Assembly (NCBI GenBank): GCA_032718475.1
Contig: JAUCBJ010006820.1
Span: forward strand, 1-64,000
DNA length: 64,000 nt
Reading direction: 5' to 3'
Origin: Nemertoderma westbladi
Taxonomy: Eukaryota > Animalia > Xenacoelomorpha
The position numbers and the translations under genes are program-made. The notes under the pieces were generated by a model. That model was not told where the DNA came from, ran no database searches, and saw only the letters and a program-made list of their open reading frames with translations. Numbering within the stretch: position 1 is the first letter of the stretch; every line of letters begins with the position of its first letter. This document shows, piece by piece, positions 11,217 through 23,028 of this stretch.

Positions 11217-13878
11217 TATTTATTTACCTCTGTACTTTCTGACTCTTGTGTCATATATTTACCTGTGTACGTTCTGACTCTTGTGCTATGTGTACGTTCT
11301 GACTCTTGTGCCATATATTTACCTCTGTACGTTCTGACACTTGTGCTATGTGTACGTTCTGACTCTTGTACCATATATTTACCTCTGTTCGTTCTGACTC
11401 TTGTGCCATATATTTACCTCTGTTCTTTCTGACTCTTGTGCTATGTGTACGTTCTGACTCTTGTGCCATATATTTACCTCTGTTCGTTCTGACTCTTGTG
11501 CTATGTGTACGTTGTGACTCTTGTGCTATGTGTACGTTCTGACTCTTGTGCCATATATTTACCTCTGTTCGTTCTGACTCTTGTGCTATGTGTACGTTCT
11601 GACTCTTGTGCCCTATATTTACCTCTGTTCGTTCTGACTCTTGTGCTATGTGTACGTTCTGACTCTTGTGCCATATATTTACCTCTGTTCGTTCTGACTC
11701 TTGTGCTATGTGTACGTTGTGACTCTTGTGCTATGTGTACGTTCTGACTCTTGTGCCATATATTTACCTCTGTTCGTTCTGACTCTTGTGCTATGTGTAC
11801 GTTCTGACTCTTGTGCCCTATATTTACCTCTGTTCGTTCTGACTCTTGTGCTATGTGTACGTTCTGACTCTTGTGCCATATATTTACCTCTGTTCGTTCT
11901 GACTCTTGTGCTATGTGTACGTTGTGACTCTTGTGCTATGTGTAGGTTCTGACTCTTGTGCCATATATTTACCTCTGTTTGTTCTGACTCTTGTGCTATG
12001 TGTACGTTCTGACTCTTGTGCCCTATATTTACCTCTGTTCGTTCTGACTCTTGTGCTATGTGTACGTTCTGACTCTTGTGCCCTATATTTACCTCTGTTC
12101 GTTCTGACACTTGTGCTATGTGTACGTTCTGACTCTTGTACCATATATTTACCTCTGTTCGTTCTGACTCTTGTGCCATATATTTACCTCTGTTCTTTCT
12201 GACTCTTGTGCTATGTGTACGTTCTGACTCTTGTGCCATATATTTACCTCTGTTCGTTCTGACTCTTGTGCTATGTGTACGTTGTGACTCTTGTGCTATG
12301 TGTACGTTCTGACTCTTGTGCCATATATTTACCTCTGTTCGTTCTGACTCTTGTGCTATGTGTACGTTGTGACTCTTGTGCTATGTGTACGTTCTGACTC
12401 TTGTGCCATATATTTACCTCTGTTCGTTCTGACTCTTGTGCTATGTGTACGTTCTGACTCTTGTACCATATATTTACCTCTGTTCGTTCTGACTCTTGTG
12501 CTATGTGTACGTTCTCACTATTGTGCCACATATATTTATTTACCTGTGTACGTTCTGACTATATTTACCTGTGTACGTTCTGATTCTTGTGCCGTATATT
12601 TATCTGTGTACGTTCTGACTCTTGTGCCATAAATGTATATGAGTACGTTCTGTGTACGTCTCTTACATATATTTACCTGAGTACATATTTACCTGTGTAA
12701 GTTTGTGACTCCTGTGGCATATATTTACCTGTGTACGTTCTGACTCTTGTGCCATATATTTATTTACCTATGTACGTTCTGACTCTTGTGCCATATATTT
12801 ACCTGTGTACGTTCTGACTCTTGTGCCATATGTTTACCTGTGTACGTTCTGACTCTTGTGCCATAAATTTATCTGTGTACGTTCAGACTCTTGTGCCATA
12901 TATTTATTTACCCCTGTACGTTCTGAATCTTGTGCCATATATTTACCTGTGTACGTTCTGACTCTTGTGACATATATTTACCTGTGTACGTTATGACTCT
13001 TGTGCCATATATTTATTTACCTCTGTACGTTCTGACTCTTGTGCCATATATTTATTTACCTCTGTACGTTCTGACTCTTGTGCCATATATTTACCTGTGT
13101 ACGTTGACTCTTGTGCCATATATTTACCTCTGTACGTTCTGACTCTTGTGCCATATATTTATTTACCTCTGTACGTTCTGACTCTTGTTCCATATATTTA
13201 CCTGTGTACGTCCTGACTCTTGTGCCGTATATTTACCTGTGTACGTTCTGACTCTTGTGCCATAAATTTATCTGTGTACGTTCAGACTATTGTGCCATAT
13301 ATTTATTTACCTCTGTACGTTCTGACTCTTGTGCCATATATTTATTTACCTCTGTACGTTCTGACTCTTGTGCCATATATTTACCTCTGTACGTTCTGAC
13401 TCTTGTGCCATATATTTATTTACCTCTGTACGTTCTGACTCTTGTTCCATATATTTACCTGTGTACGTTCTGACTCTTGTTCCATATATTTACCTGTGTA
13501 CGTTCTGACTCTTGTGCCATATATTTACCTGTGTACGTTCTGACTCTTGTGCCATAAATTTATCTGTGTACCTTCAGACTATTGTGCCATATATTTATTT
13601 ACCTCTGACGTTCTGACTATTGTGCCATATATTTACCTGTGTACGTTCTGACTCTTGTTCCATATATTTACCTGTGTACGTTCTGACTCTTGTGCCATAT
13701 ATTTACCTGTGTACGTTCTGACTCTTGTGCCATAAATTTATCTGTGTACCTTCAGACTATTGTGCCATATATTTATTTACCTCTGACGTTCTGACTATTG
13801 TGCCATATATTTACCTGTGTACGTTATGACTCTTGTGCCATATATTTATTTACCTCTGTACGTTCTGACTCTTGTGTC
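11217..13878. repeat. Minisatellite with alternating ~25/35-bp variants
   Basis: GTACGTTCTGACTCTTGTGC followed by either CATATATTTACCTCT or TATGT, throughout the interval. Confidence 0.95.
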
Positions 13879-14139
13879 CTCTTGTTTTACTTGTATTTGT
13901 TGTACCCGGTCAGAAGATCCGCATTGACAAGAACAGATGCAGAAGATGTGACGGATTCGGTGGAATAACACCAACATTGTCATGCCAACGGCCAAACTTG
14001 TAATTTAGTTTAAATTAATCCATCGGCAATGCGATGTGATATCATCCTCCTCCAATTACCAAGGCAACTGAGTTCCCCAAGGAAGTGAACCTCACTCTCC
14101 CAGAATCCCCACGATTGTCAACTGTCTGTTTAATTAATA

Positions 14140-14432
14140 CTGTACCTTTCTCAGACTGTACTATGCAGTATTACATTACAGTGAGTACCTCACTCAGACT
14201 GCACTATGCAGTATTACATTGAGTACCTACCTCTCCCTCAGACTGCACTATGCAGCATAGTAGTGAGTACCTCTCTCAGACTGTACCATGCTGTATTACA
14301 GGAGTACCTCTTTCAGACTGTACTATGCTGTATTACAGTGAGTACCTCTCTCAGACTGCACTATGCAGTAATACAGTTAGTACCTCTCTCAGACTGTACT
14401 ATGCAGTATTACAGTGAGTACCTCTCTCACTA
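14140..14432. repeat. Degenerate ~38-bp tandem repeat
   Basis: GAGTACCTCTCTCAGACTGTACTATGCAGTATTACAGT-like units. Confidence 0.85.
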
Positions 14433-15472
14433 TGTAATGAAATATGCCTATGCATGGTTTGGTTCCAGCGAGCCTAGGGTACCGCTATTTCTACCATTGA
14501 ATGTCGGTCGGCCTGTTTCTAATTCTCCCGTGCGTCTGCGCGAAAAATCTTCTTCCATTTCTTTGTGAATCATCCGATCAAGCTGAAAGTTGGCGAATTT
14601 ATTCTAGATCCTGGGGAGTAGATATTAGGAAGTGTCTTTCTGAGTTCGCTGATCCATGTGCAGTAGGCCCTACTTACTGCTGTCGTACAAAGACTAAAAG
14701 CTCAAAAATATTCCCTTGAGTGTTCCCATCTCACCGATGGCCTTCCATTGCGGTCGGACTAACGGTTCGAGTATTTCGCTCTGTGATGCTCCGGCCTATT
14801 CCTATGCTGTTTGAAGGCATCACGAACGAGGCTCTCTAAGTTAGATATCTACTGTAGGCCTTCACCACCTATAAATTATTGTGCACGGCCTACATGGTGC
14901 AAGTTTTACTTTGTAAAAGAGACAACTATTTTTATTAAGTAAAAATGTTCAAATATCATTGACACATATTACATAAACATATACGCCTAGGCCTACACTA
15001 CACTACACATACAACAAATATTAATAATGTGATTAGTCTATTGAGTACATAAACCCATTTGGCATAATCCTTATCTACCTCAATCCAAAACATAGGCACA
15101 TTTTAAAGAACAATAGACAACGTTTGTACGTAGTGTGTTAAGTACAGTAGTAGCGCCTTGCCAAAATAGAATAAGTTTTAGGGGGAAATGTTCTTAAAAA
15201 CATTTAACCTTATCTCGGACTATCCCCTTACCTCCACCGATGAGGGGGGATGGAATATACTCACGAAGGGTCTCAAACGAAAGAATTTCAAAAAACAACA
15301 CCTGTTGTTTAGTCCTAGGACAAAACAACACATTTTTTACGTAGACTATCTTACAGAGTGTTGTTTTGCCCGGAATAAATAATGTTCAACAACAGATTTA
15401 ATATGGCATATATTTGGTATTTTTATTCGATATTTTATTTGTTAATTTATTCCGCCATTTTATATTCGAATG

Positions 15473-15728
15473 TAGCGGTACCAAGCTGTAGTACAGTAGT
15501 AGTAGTGCACCACCTAGCGGTACCAAGCTGTAGTACAGTAGTAGTTGTGCACCACCTAGCGGTACCAAGCTGTAGTACAGTAGTAGTAGTGCACCACCTA
15601 GCGGTACCAAGCTGTAGTACAGTAGTAGTTGTGCACCACCTAGCGGTACCAAGCTGTAGTACAGTAGTAGTTGTGCACCACCTAGCGGTACCAAGCTGTA
15701 GTACAGTAGTAGTTGTGCACCACCTAGC
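15473..15728. repeat. 42-bp tandem repeat x6
   Basis: Unit TAGCGGTACCAAGCTGTAGTACAGTAGTAGTTGTGCACCACC. Confidence 0.95.
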
Positions 15729-16152
15729 GCTCAAGCGGTGAATTGTCTGGAGCACGATTAAGGACAATAACGATTGGTTAAAGATAGGCTACAGTAACGC
15801 GGTGTGTTTTCGATTCAATATTAAATTTACTGTCTACGGCCTGCTTGTTCTGTTAGTTAATTTAATATTTAATTATTATTATAGATACCAGGAAGTGGGA
15901 GCAAATTTAGGTACTGAAATCAATAGTGGAGTGACATATTGAATCGAAAAAAATTGAGAAAAAGTATCAGAAAAAATACATAAATGTGACTTCAGACCCA
16001 CTTGTACCATTCACCAATAACAATAAAAAATTAGCCTTAAAACTACAGTGGAGCTGAAGTGCAACGTCGTGAATAAATACGTAGAAGTATGTTCTAGAAG
16101 TCCTTGATCAAATACAATATACAACCTTCACTGACTAAAGTCTGAATTAATA

Positions 16153-16297
16153 ATTATTTATTACATGGGAAAAAAGTAGAACTTTTTTTCATTATTCTCG
16201 AGGCATTTTATTTACCGAGCGCCAGCGAGGTTAATAAAGGGACGAGAGAATAATGAAAAAATATGTTCTACGTTTTTTTCCCATGTAATACGTAATT
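16153..16297. mobile_element. Small palindromic (foldback/MITE-like) element
   Basis: TTACATGGGAAAAAAGTAGAAC...TTCATTATTCTC is mirrored by GAGAATAATGAA...GTTCTACGTTTTTTTCCCATGTAA around a central CCGAGCGCCAGCGAGG. Confidence 0.55.
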
Positions 16298-16814
16298 TTA
16301 TTCTTAGATTAGTACTTGTTTGTTGCTCAATTCTTTAATAAAACATAGAGCGATATACTACAGTACAGTTGTGTTACAAAAAAATTAGTAGTATTTTGTG
16401 CTACTGTAAAAACAGTAGTATTTTACTATATTGGTTCCATAGTTACTGCGATTCTAATTACTGTACTATTCGACTCCTGATGCTGCCTTACTCAATGTTA
16501 AATAATTTAGTGTTCCCGAATATTTATTACGTAACTAGAGAGAGCCGCTTAACAACATAAACCAATATTGGATATTGAGTTCCATTTTGGAGTTCGCCGC
16601 GCAGACATTAAATTTACCATAACTTTTGAGTGTGTGAATGAATTTTGCTCAAATTAGGTGGAAACCATGACCTACTATATCTAGCTATTATATCTATCCT
16701 ACTACAGTATCTATGTATAGATACGACCCGCCAAGCTGCTGCAAAGCCCCTAAATTTAGTGGGCCAGTTATTTCTCTTAGATAAAACCCCTGAAACAATA
16801 TGTCTAGCGCGTCG

Positions 16815-17110
16815 AAAGTACTTGTCCCTAAGTAAAATTATGTCCTCTTTCAGATGAGACAAATAAAAAGTTAATAGCTCCAGTAGTTTTCGAGATATGA
16901 GGAGTTCCTGGTGCCCATACCATATCAACACCTTTCGGAATTGATAAAATTACACAAAATACATCACCCTTCAAGACTTTGGTATAACCATTAAACCATA
17001 TTATGCTTTTCTGGTTTGTTGAATTCATTTATTAGTAATCGAAAGCAAGATTAGAAGCAAAATTTTCATTTTTTTATCAATAGATAGTAAAAGAGCACCA
17101 AAAGTGCAAG
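16815..17110. repeat. Dispersed repeat, inverted copy of 21390-21682
   Basis: For example, AAAGTTAATAGCTCCAGTAGTTTTCGAGATATGAGGAGTTCCTGG is the reverse complement of sequence at ~21587-21630. Confidence 0.85.
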
Positions 17111-17289
17111 TATCACTTTTTTCAAAAGTGGTAAATTGGCCGTACAGTTTGGCTACTGAGGTTTTAGAATCTGTTGATTTCATTGGGAAGGTTTATTCCT
17201 CTACATCAAACATATCGAAGAGTTGTGTAATATAACAACATAGGCATGTTGTTATATTAGTTATTAGCCTTAGCCAGTTATTTGTGCCC

Positions 17290-17430
17290 CTGGAGCACGA
17301 AAAAAACATTTAATGGAAATATGATAATGAAAAATCACCACGAAAACAAATTGATTTTATGACCATATGGGTTTTTTGGGATGCTGATCACGAATATGAC
17401 ACTGAAAAATATCGTACCTTGTTGATTACG
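17290..17430. repeat. Dispersed repeat, direct diverged copy at ~29146-29282
   Basis: Both copies share CTGGAGCACGAAAAAAAC...AAATTGATT.TATGACCATATGGGTTTTT...GAATATGACACTGAAA. Confidence 0.8.
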
Positions 17431-19270
17431 GCTTTTTTGGATACGTGTCAATGTGCGACGAAAAACGATAGTCGCGTTACCACGAATTATTTTTAACGAG
17501 TTGTATCGTGATTAGCGACCTTGAAAACCAGTATAGTTCAGAATTACCAAACCAAAGGCAAAATTGAACAGTTTCAAATTTTTGCTACTTGTACTTTTCG
17601 TTCTGGGGCACCAGAATTGCACCAAAAGTAGGTTTGCACATACCAGAAATATTTATAACTACTTTCATCGTGATCAGCGACCTCGAAAACTCGAAATTTC
17701 TAAAATAACCACCCTCACCCCCTGCCCCCACCGCCCCTCCCCGGCCAATTAAGTACTATAGTACTGTAATATAGCCCGGGCCAGATAGCAGATAGGGTTA
17801 AACGTACCGGTAGCGTAACTCGGGATTACGGTAGTAACTGAATATGAATCTCTTAATTCCACATCAAACACATAAACACATAGTAGAGTAGAGTAAAATA
17901 AAGTATCAGTTCCTCAAATCATTAAACGACACTATATTCCAGGATAGTTAATAATAATTCCCCTAAATAATATCAGTTCCTCATTATAATGAAGTCGTAA
18001 TATTAATTTATCTCAGCATATCTATTATGTATCAATAACCTTTGTCTATTAAATCCAAGACAGTAAGAAGCGAACACTGTTGTTAAGGTGGTCACGCATA
18101 TTGTCTTACTTGAGATCCTCCGAAAGGGCCGATATGTCTTCGGGGGATTCAGATAGGAGTCCCGCTGGTTTAGGCAGGAGAATAAACCTAGCATGATGGT
18201 TCTTAAATAACCGGCCGGCCCTCCAACCCCAAGTCCAGCAGTAGCTTCATCTCTACATCAGATAAAGAAACTAATTTTACTCTCCTTCATGAATTTCGAT
18301 AGACGATGGACGGTATATTCTTTTTACTGGCGGTCTCCGAGGAATTTGAGGCATTTATAGCACAATGAAGTCGGAACAGATTCCGGGTTTACTGAATATA
18401 TCGCCCGTCGAAATGTACAAATGTTAGTGGTAGGCCCTGGTGTCATCTGATCTGTAAAAAAGCCCTGACTAGTCGAACTAAGTGCCACTCTGTAGACCGA
18501 GCGAGCGAGCGGCTCATGCTATACACAGCACTTTCCAACTATAACTGCTACGGCCTCCCCTCCATACAGATTCAGATACTATGTCCAGATTAGATTAGGC
18601 CCCCGTGCCCGTGGCTGCCAGCCCGTGTAGAAGGTGATAATAAATAGTCAAATAAACACAGGTAATCAGGTAATGTAATAATGATAAGGCATTGATGCCT
18701 AACACCAGCAGTAACAGCATAATGAGTCAGCACTCAGCAGTAATGTAATGCCTAACGCAGTAGTGCAGTGCAATGCACATACCACATACAGAATAATATC
18801 GTCCCTTTCATTTTCAAACAACCTAAATGACAAAATTGACTTTTCCTGTAAAACGGCATTTTCGATTCTAATTTTGTTTGAAAGTAATATTCCAGGATTT
18901 TGGTCTTATTTACTTTTAAATACATTAAATGTAACGATTTTAAACAAAAACAGTTATGGTATTGGAATTATGTAACATATTATGTAGAAAACTATGTATA
19001 GGGATATAGGTTGTTTCAAAATAATATTACATTTTTTACAATGATTACCCAAAAAGCATTAAAACCCTTAAGACAAATTCGAATATTAAGTTTTAAAAAT
19101 ATAAATCAAATCTCCCTCTATCATAATGAATAACAATTCTAGCTCCTGATTCGTTGTTTCCAATTTTATATCAACGTTTCCGGGGCTTAGTCTATTTATA
19201 ATAGTAATATGTGTTATTTAGGTTGTTTTAAAAAAAAATTTCTTTATAATGCGGTCTATGCAAAACTGGC

Positions 19271-21329
19271 ATATGGTCAATTCCATAAGAAACGGGCAAA
19301 AAAGTTAAAAAATAAAATGCATAATTTGTTATCACTGAATACACTTTCTGGTGCCATTTTTATCACAGATTATGAATATTATATTTAAAAGTCATCACTA
19401 GGTCATCATGTACAGATTTAGTAAAATGAATGAGAGTATCTCTTTTTTTGAGATAATTCTTCAAAATTAAGTCAGTTTATGATCCGTCATAATTTCTAAA
19501 GTACACGGAATAAATTGATGTTTTCGGTATCAATATCAAGGTTATCTATTACTGCATCAATTAAGCTATTACAAAGTGGTAGTGCATACTTGCATGTAAA
19601 GAAAATTTGGTGTTAAATAAACTCTTGTAAATTTCACACACGTCCGACACTTTTTTTTCACAATTTTCACTATTTACACGGCCAATCAAATAGAGTTGGT
19701 TTTTTGGAAGTTATTGAAGTGCTGAACTGAAAGCCTCTGCTATTGGTTGTTGCTCTTGGCAACAGCCATGTACAGAAGCCCAGAATATGCACCTTTGTTT
19801 GACCAACGTCCGACACCTAAAATGTAACTGTAATGTGATTGGATGTAAAACATTATTAGATGGCTTTACCCGACATTAAAATGTCACATAAAACAATAGT
19901 TAATTCCAGCAAGTAGTTGCCAATTTGTTCCGGGGAAGGGCCAGGATCCGTAGTACATACCGTTTCGAGATTCCCACGTTTGAAGGTCTACCAAACTAAT
20001 TTACGGAATCCATAGGGTAACCGGCAATGAACAACAATTTAATTATAATTCGATAAGCATGTCGAATAGTCGTTGGTATTACCATCACTATTACTATTTG
20101 ACTGTTGCTACCTGTTACCTGTTTCGTTAGGCCAATGATTTGACTTTCAAGATGGGTCATTGTTATAAATGTTGTCGCGCTCAAGACTCAAGTAATGTTA
20201 CCCCCCCCCCCCCCCCCATTCCTGTTAGCCCATGTATATAATTGTATTATTCTACTCATTTCCCTCATTTGATAACATCATTGCTTATTTTTACCGTCTC
20301 CATAACTTGCTCTTTTCCCCAAATTGGTAACATCTGTTTATTGTTTTGGAGAGAAAAATAATAGTATGTTTTTGCTTTATCAGTAATCTAGTTTGGTGGG
20401 TGGGTGGGGGGGGGGGGGGGGGGGGGGAGAATCGCTAAGTGCGACGGTGGGAGGGGGGTAACAGCACGGGACGATACTTCCATTGATTTATCCACATTAG
20501 TACAAATATAAGAATCTGGATAAGTCTGTTATAATTGGAACGTCCGACACCATAATTCCGACACAAAACGTCCGACACCATTTAATTTACAATCAAACTG
20601 CAAAAACTGTGCGTTAGATTGATGATATTACAAAAGTTTGATATATATTAGTTAAACACATAGTTGCAGATTATTGTGGTTAACCATAATTTAACCATTT
20701 AGCACCACATAAAAAGTTTTCGAGAAATAAGTGATAAAAAAATGTACAGTTCGATAAACATGCCATAGTTTGAAAAGTTGTGAACGAAATTATTTTATTT
20801 TTCTACCCCCGTAAAGCAGAGATGTTGTTTAAGACAAAGCGAATATGAACCCTCGCATTCATTACCAACAAAGTACAAATAAAAGAACCTGGATTAGTGG
20901 GCAAATCCAAACGTCCGACACCAAACGTCCGACACCATTTCAATTCCAATCAAACTACAAAAACTGTATGTTAGATTTAGGATATTACAAAGGTTGGATT
21001 AATAATAGGTAGCCAAATAGTTGCTGATCACTGTGGTTAGCCAAAATTTGCAAAAGCTCTCATCGGCACTGTTACACGAATGTTTTAATTTTTAGCCAAA
21101 AATTACTGTCCCAAAACTCAAACGTCCGACACCCACTTTTTAAACTCGAATTTCTAGAACTCTAGTAGTTTTCAGTGGACTCATTATGTGTTCTCATATA
21201 GAGCTTCGAATTTGGGGTAGTATAAGCATTACTCTGATTGACCTTGAATTAACAACTTCCTACAAATAGTAAAAAACAACCGAAAATTTGGGTTTGCCCC
21301 AACGTCCGACACCATGGAATTGACCATAT
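19271..21329. mobile_element. Non-autonomous TIR DNA transposon (~2.05 kb)
   Basis: Perfect 16-bp inverted ends ATATGGTCAATTCCAT / ATGGAATTGACCATAT, which include a TA or ATAT target duplication. About eight internal ACGTCCGACAC motifs. No transposase ORF. Confidence 0.75.
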
Positions 21330-21389
21330 AGGTGGTTTTAAAACGATAACGGCCAAATGACCACTTTTGACTATTTGAAAATTTCGAGC

Positions 21390-21682
21390 TACTTGTAATT
21401 TTGGTTTTGCTACTTTTTTAAAATAAACAATGATGATTTTATTCTAATTTCGTTTTCGATTACTAATAATTAATTCGACTATCCAAAAAAGCATAATGTG
21501 GTTTAATGGTTATACTAAAGTCTTGAAGGGTGATGTATTTTGAGTAATTTTATCAATTCCGAAAAGTTATGATATGGTATGGGTGCCAGGAACTCCTCAT
21601 ATCTCGAAAACTACTGGAGCTATTAACTTTTTATTTCTCTCCCCTGAAAGAGGACATAATTTTAGTTAATGACAAGTACTTT
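21390..21682. repeat. Dispersed repeat, inverted copy of 16815-17110, cut off by the LINE poly(A) tail
   Basis: Homology to the 16.8-kb copy ends at GACAAGTACTTT, where the T-run begins. Confidence 0.8.
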
Positions 21683-23020
21683 TTTTTTTTTTTTTTTTTT
21701 TTAACATTTATTATCCAAAGAAGAGGACAATTGGGCAACAAGCCGAAGCTTATGAGAGCCCTCTTGTCAATAATTACAATACAATTTGCACAACAGACAT
21801 ACAAAGGAAAGAAGCACAGTGCACATACCCAGGTACTACTACATAAAAAGGAACGAGGTATCACACACACCACACATACCCAAACCAAAAACATACGTGA
21901 AGATCCAGCGCAGTAGGAAGTTGAAAAATTGATATCCCAAAAGTAAGCCAGCAATTAAGCGATCAGTAGAGTGAATATAGAAAATTACTGTTACAACTAA
22001 GTGGAATAAAAAAAAAAAAAATTTTGTGTGTTGCAACCACAAATGTTGGAAATTAAAATTTGTAGAGGCGAAGATTTAGGTTAAAAAAGAATTACTATAG
22101 GTTCGGTTGTAATTTAAAAAAATAATATCTGGGTTTATTGTAGGTTATTCATTTCATTAAGATAATGAGCGTCTAGGTCGCCGTGCCGATGTCGGATGAC
22201 ACTAATACCCTAGGAAATTAAAACGACCCGTGTTGGATACAAATGCGGAGATTATGTCGATAAGAGCCTGCGCCTTGGTGTGCTGCATAGTTATGGAGGG
22301 TGGGTGATTAACATCTGTTGGAGGGCCATATAAGATAGTAGTCAATGTTGGCCTTAGTCCTAAATTTGAAATAGCTGCATGCAAGACAACATGAAGAGAG
22401 TGATAATGGAAACATTCCATAAAGTAGTGGAATGCGTCCTCTCGCTGATGACCGCAGGAACATGATTTTGTTAATTTAACATGGTTAGAGAAGAGATCGG
22501 AATTCAGTGAGGAGCAATTGCATCTGAGTCGCGCCAATAGGCCATTGATTGATGGTGATCCCAGGGTATAATAATAAGGAACAGGAGACGAGAAACATAT
22601 TACTGGAAATACACCATTCCTGAAACTTTCAATTGTGCCTGAAGAACGCAAATCGATCGGAAGTGAGTTCCACAATCTAACAGTAGAAGGTAGGAACGAA
22701 TCTCTGTAGAAGTTCCTATGGGCCATAGGAGGGCGTACATTCGTGGAGTTGCGGGTGTTGTATGCACTAGCGGACCTAACAACAGGTGGAAGGATATCCA
22801 ATAAGTGTTGGGGGGCGCGGTCCGTCATCATTTTGTAGAATACACACAATTTCTGAAAATCTCGTCTTTGTTGAAGTGGGCACAGCCCAGATTCCTTATA
22901 CAGTTTGCTCGTGTGGCAAGAAACTGTCAATCTGCAAACTATTCGAATAGCTTCCTTATTTAGGAGCTCCAACTCCATTTTGAGATCCTGAGAGCAGTTG
23001 TTCCAAACGGTACTGGCATA
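21680..23020 (-). mobile_element. 5'-truncated non-LTR retrotransposon (CR1/L2 group) with poly(A) tail
   Basis: Minus strand reads YASTVWNNCSQ into ORF 22202-22978 (SFLPSTVRLWNSLP; RLRCNCSSLNSDLF...CSCG...HYFMEC), typical of the RT C-terminus. The 3' UTR ends AATAAATGTT plus an A-tail (T-run at 21680-21702). Confidence 0.88.
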
Positions 23021-23028
23021 CAGGCATA

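Noticed and set aside
13880-14870. Upstream coding exons of MATCAP
   Set aside because: The sequence is more complex than its flanks, but every minus-strand frame I tried hit stops and no family motif was recognisable.
17900-18620. Possible TE or gene fragment (higher GC, short ORF 18003-18194)
   Set aside because: No recognisable motif, termini or splice pattern.
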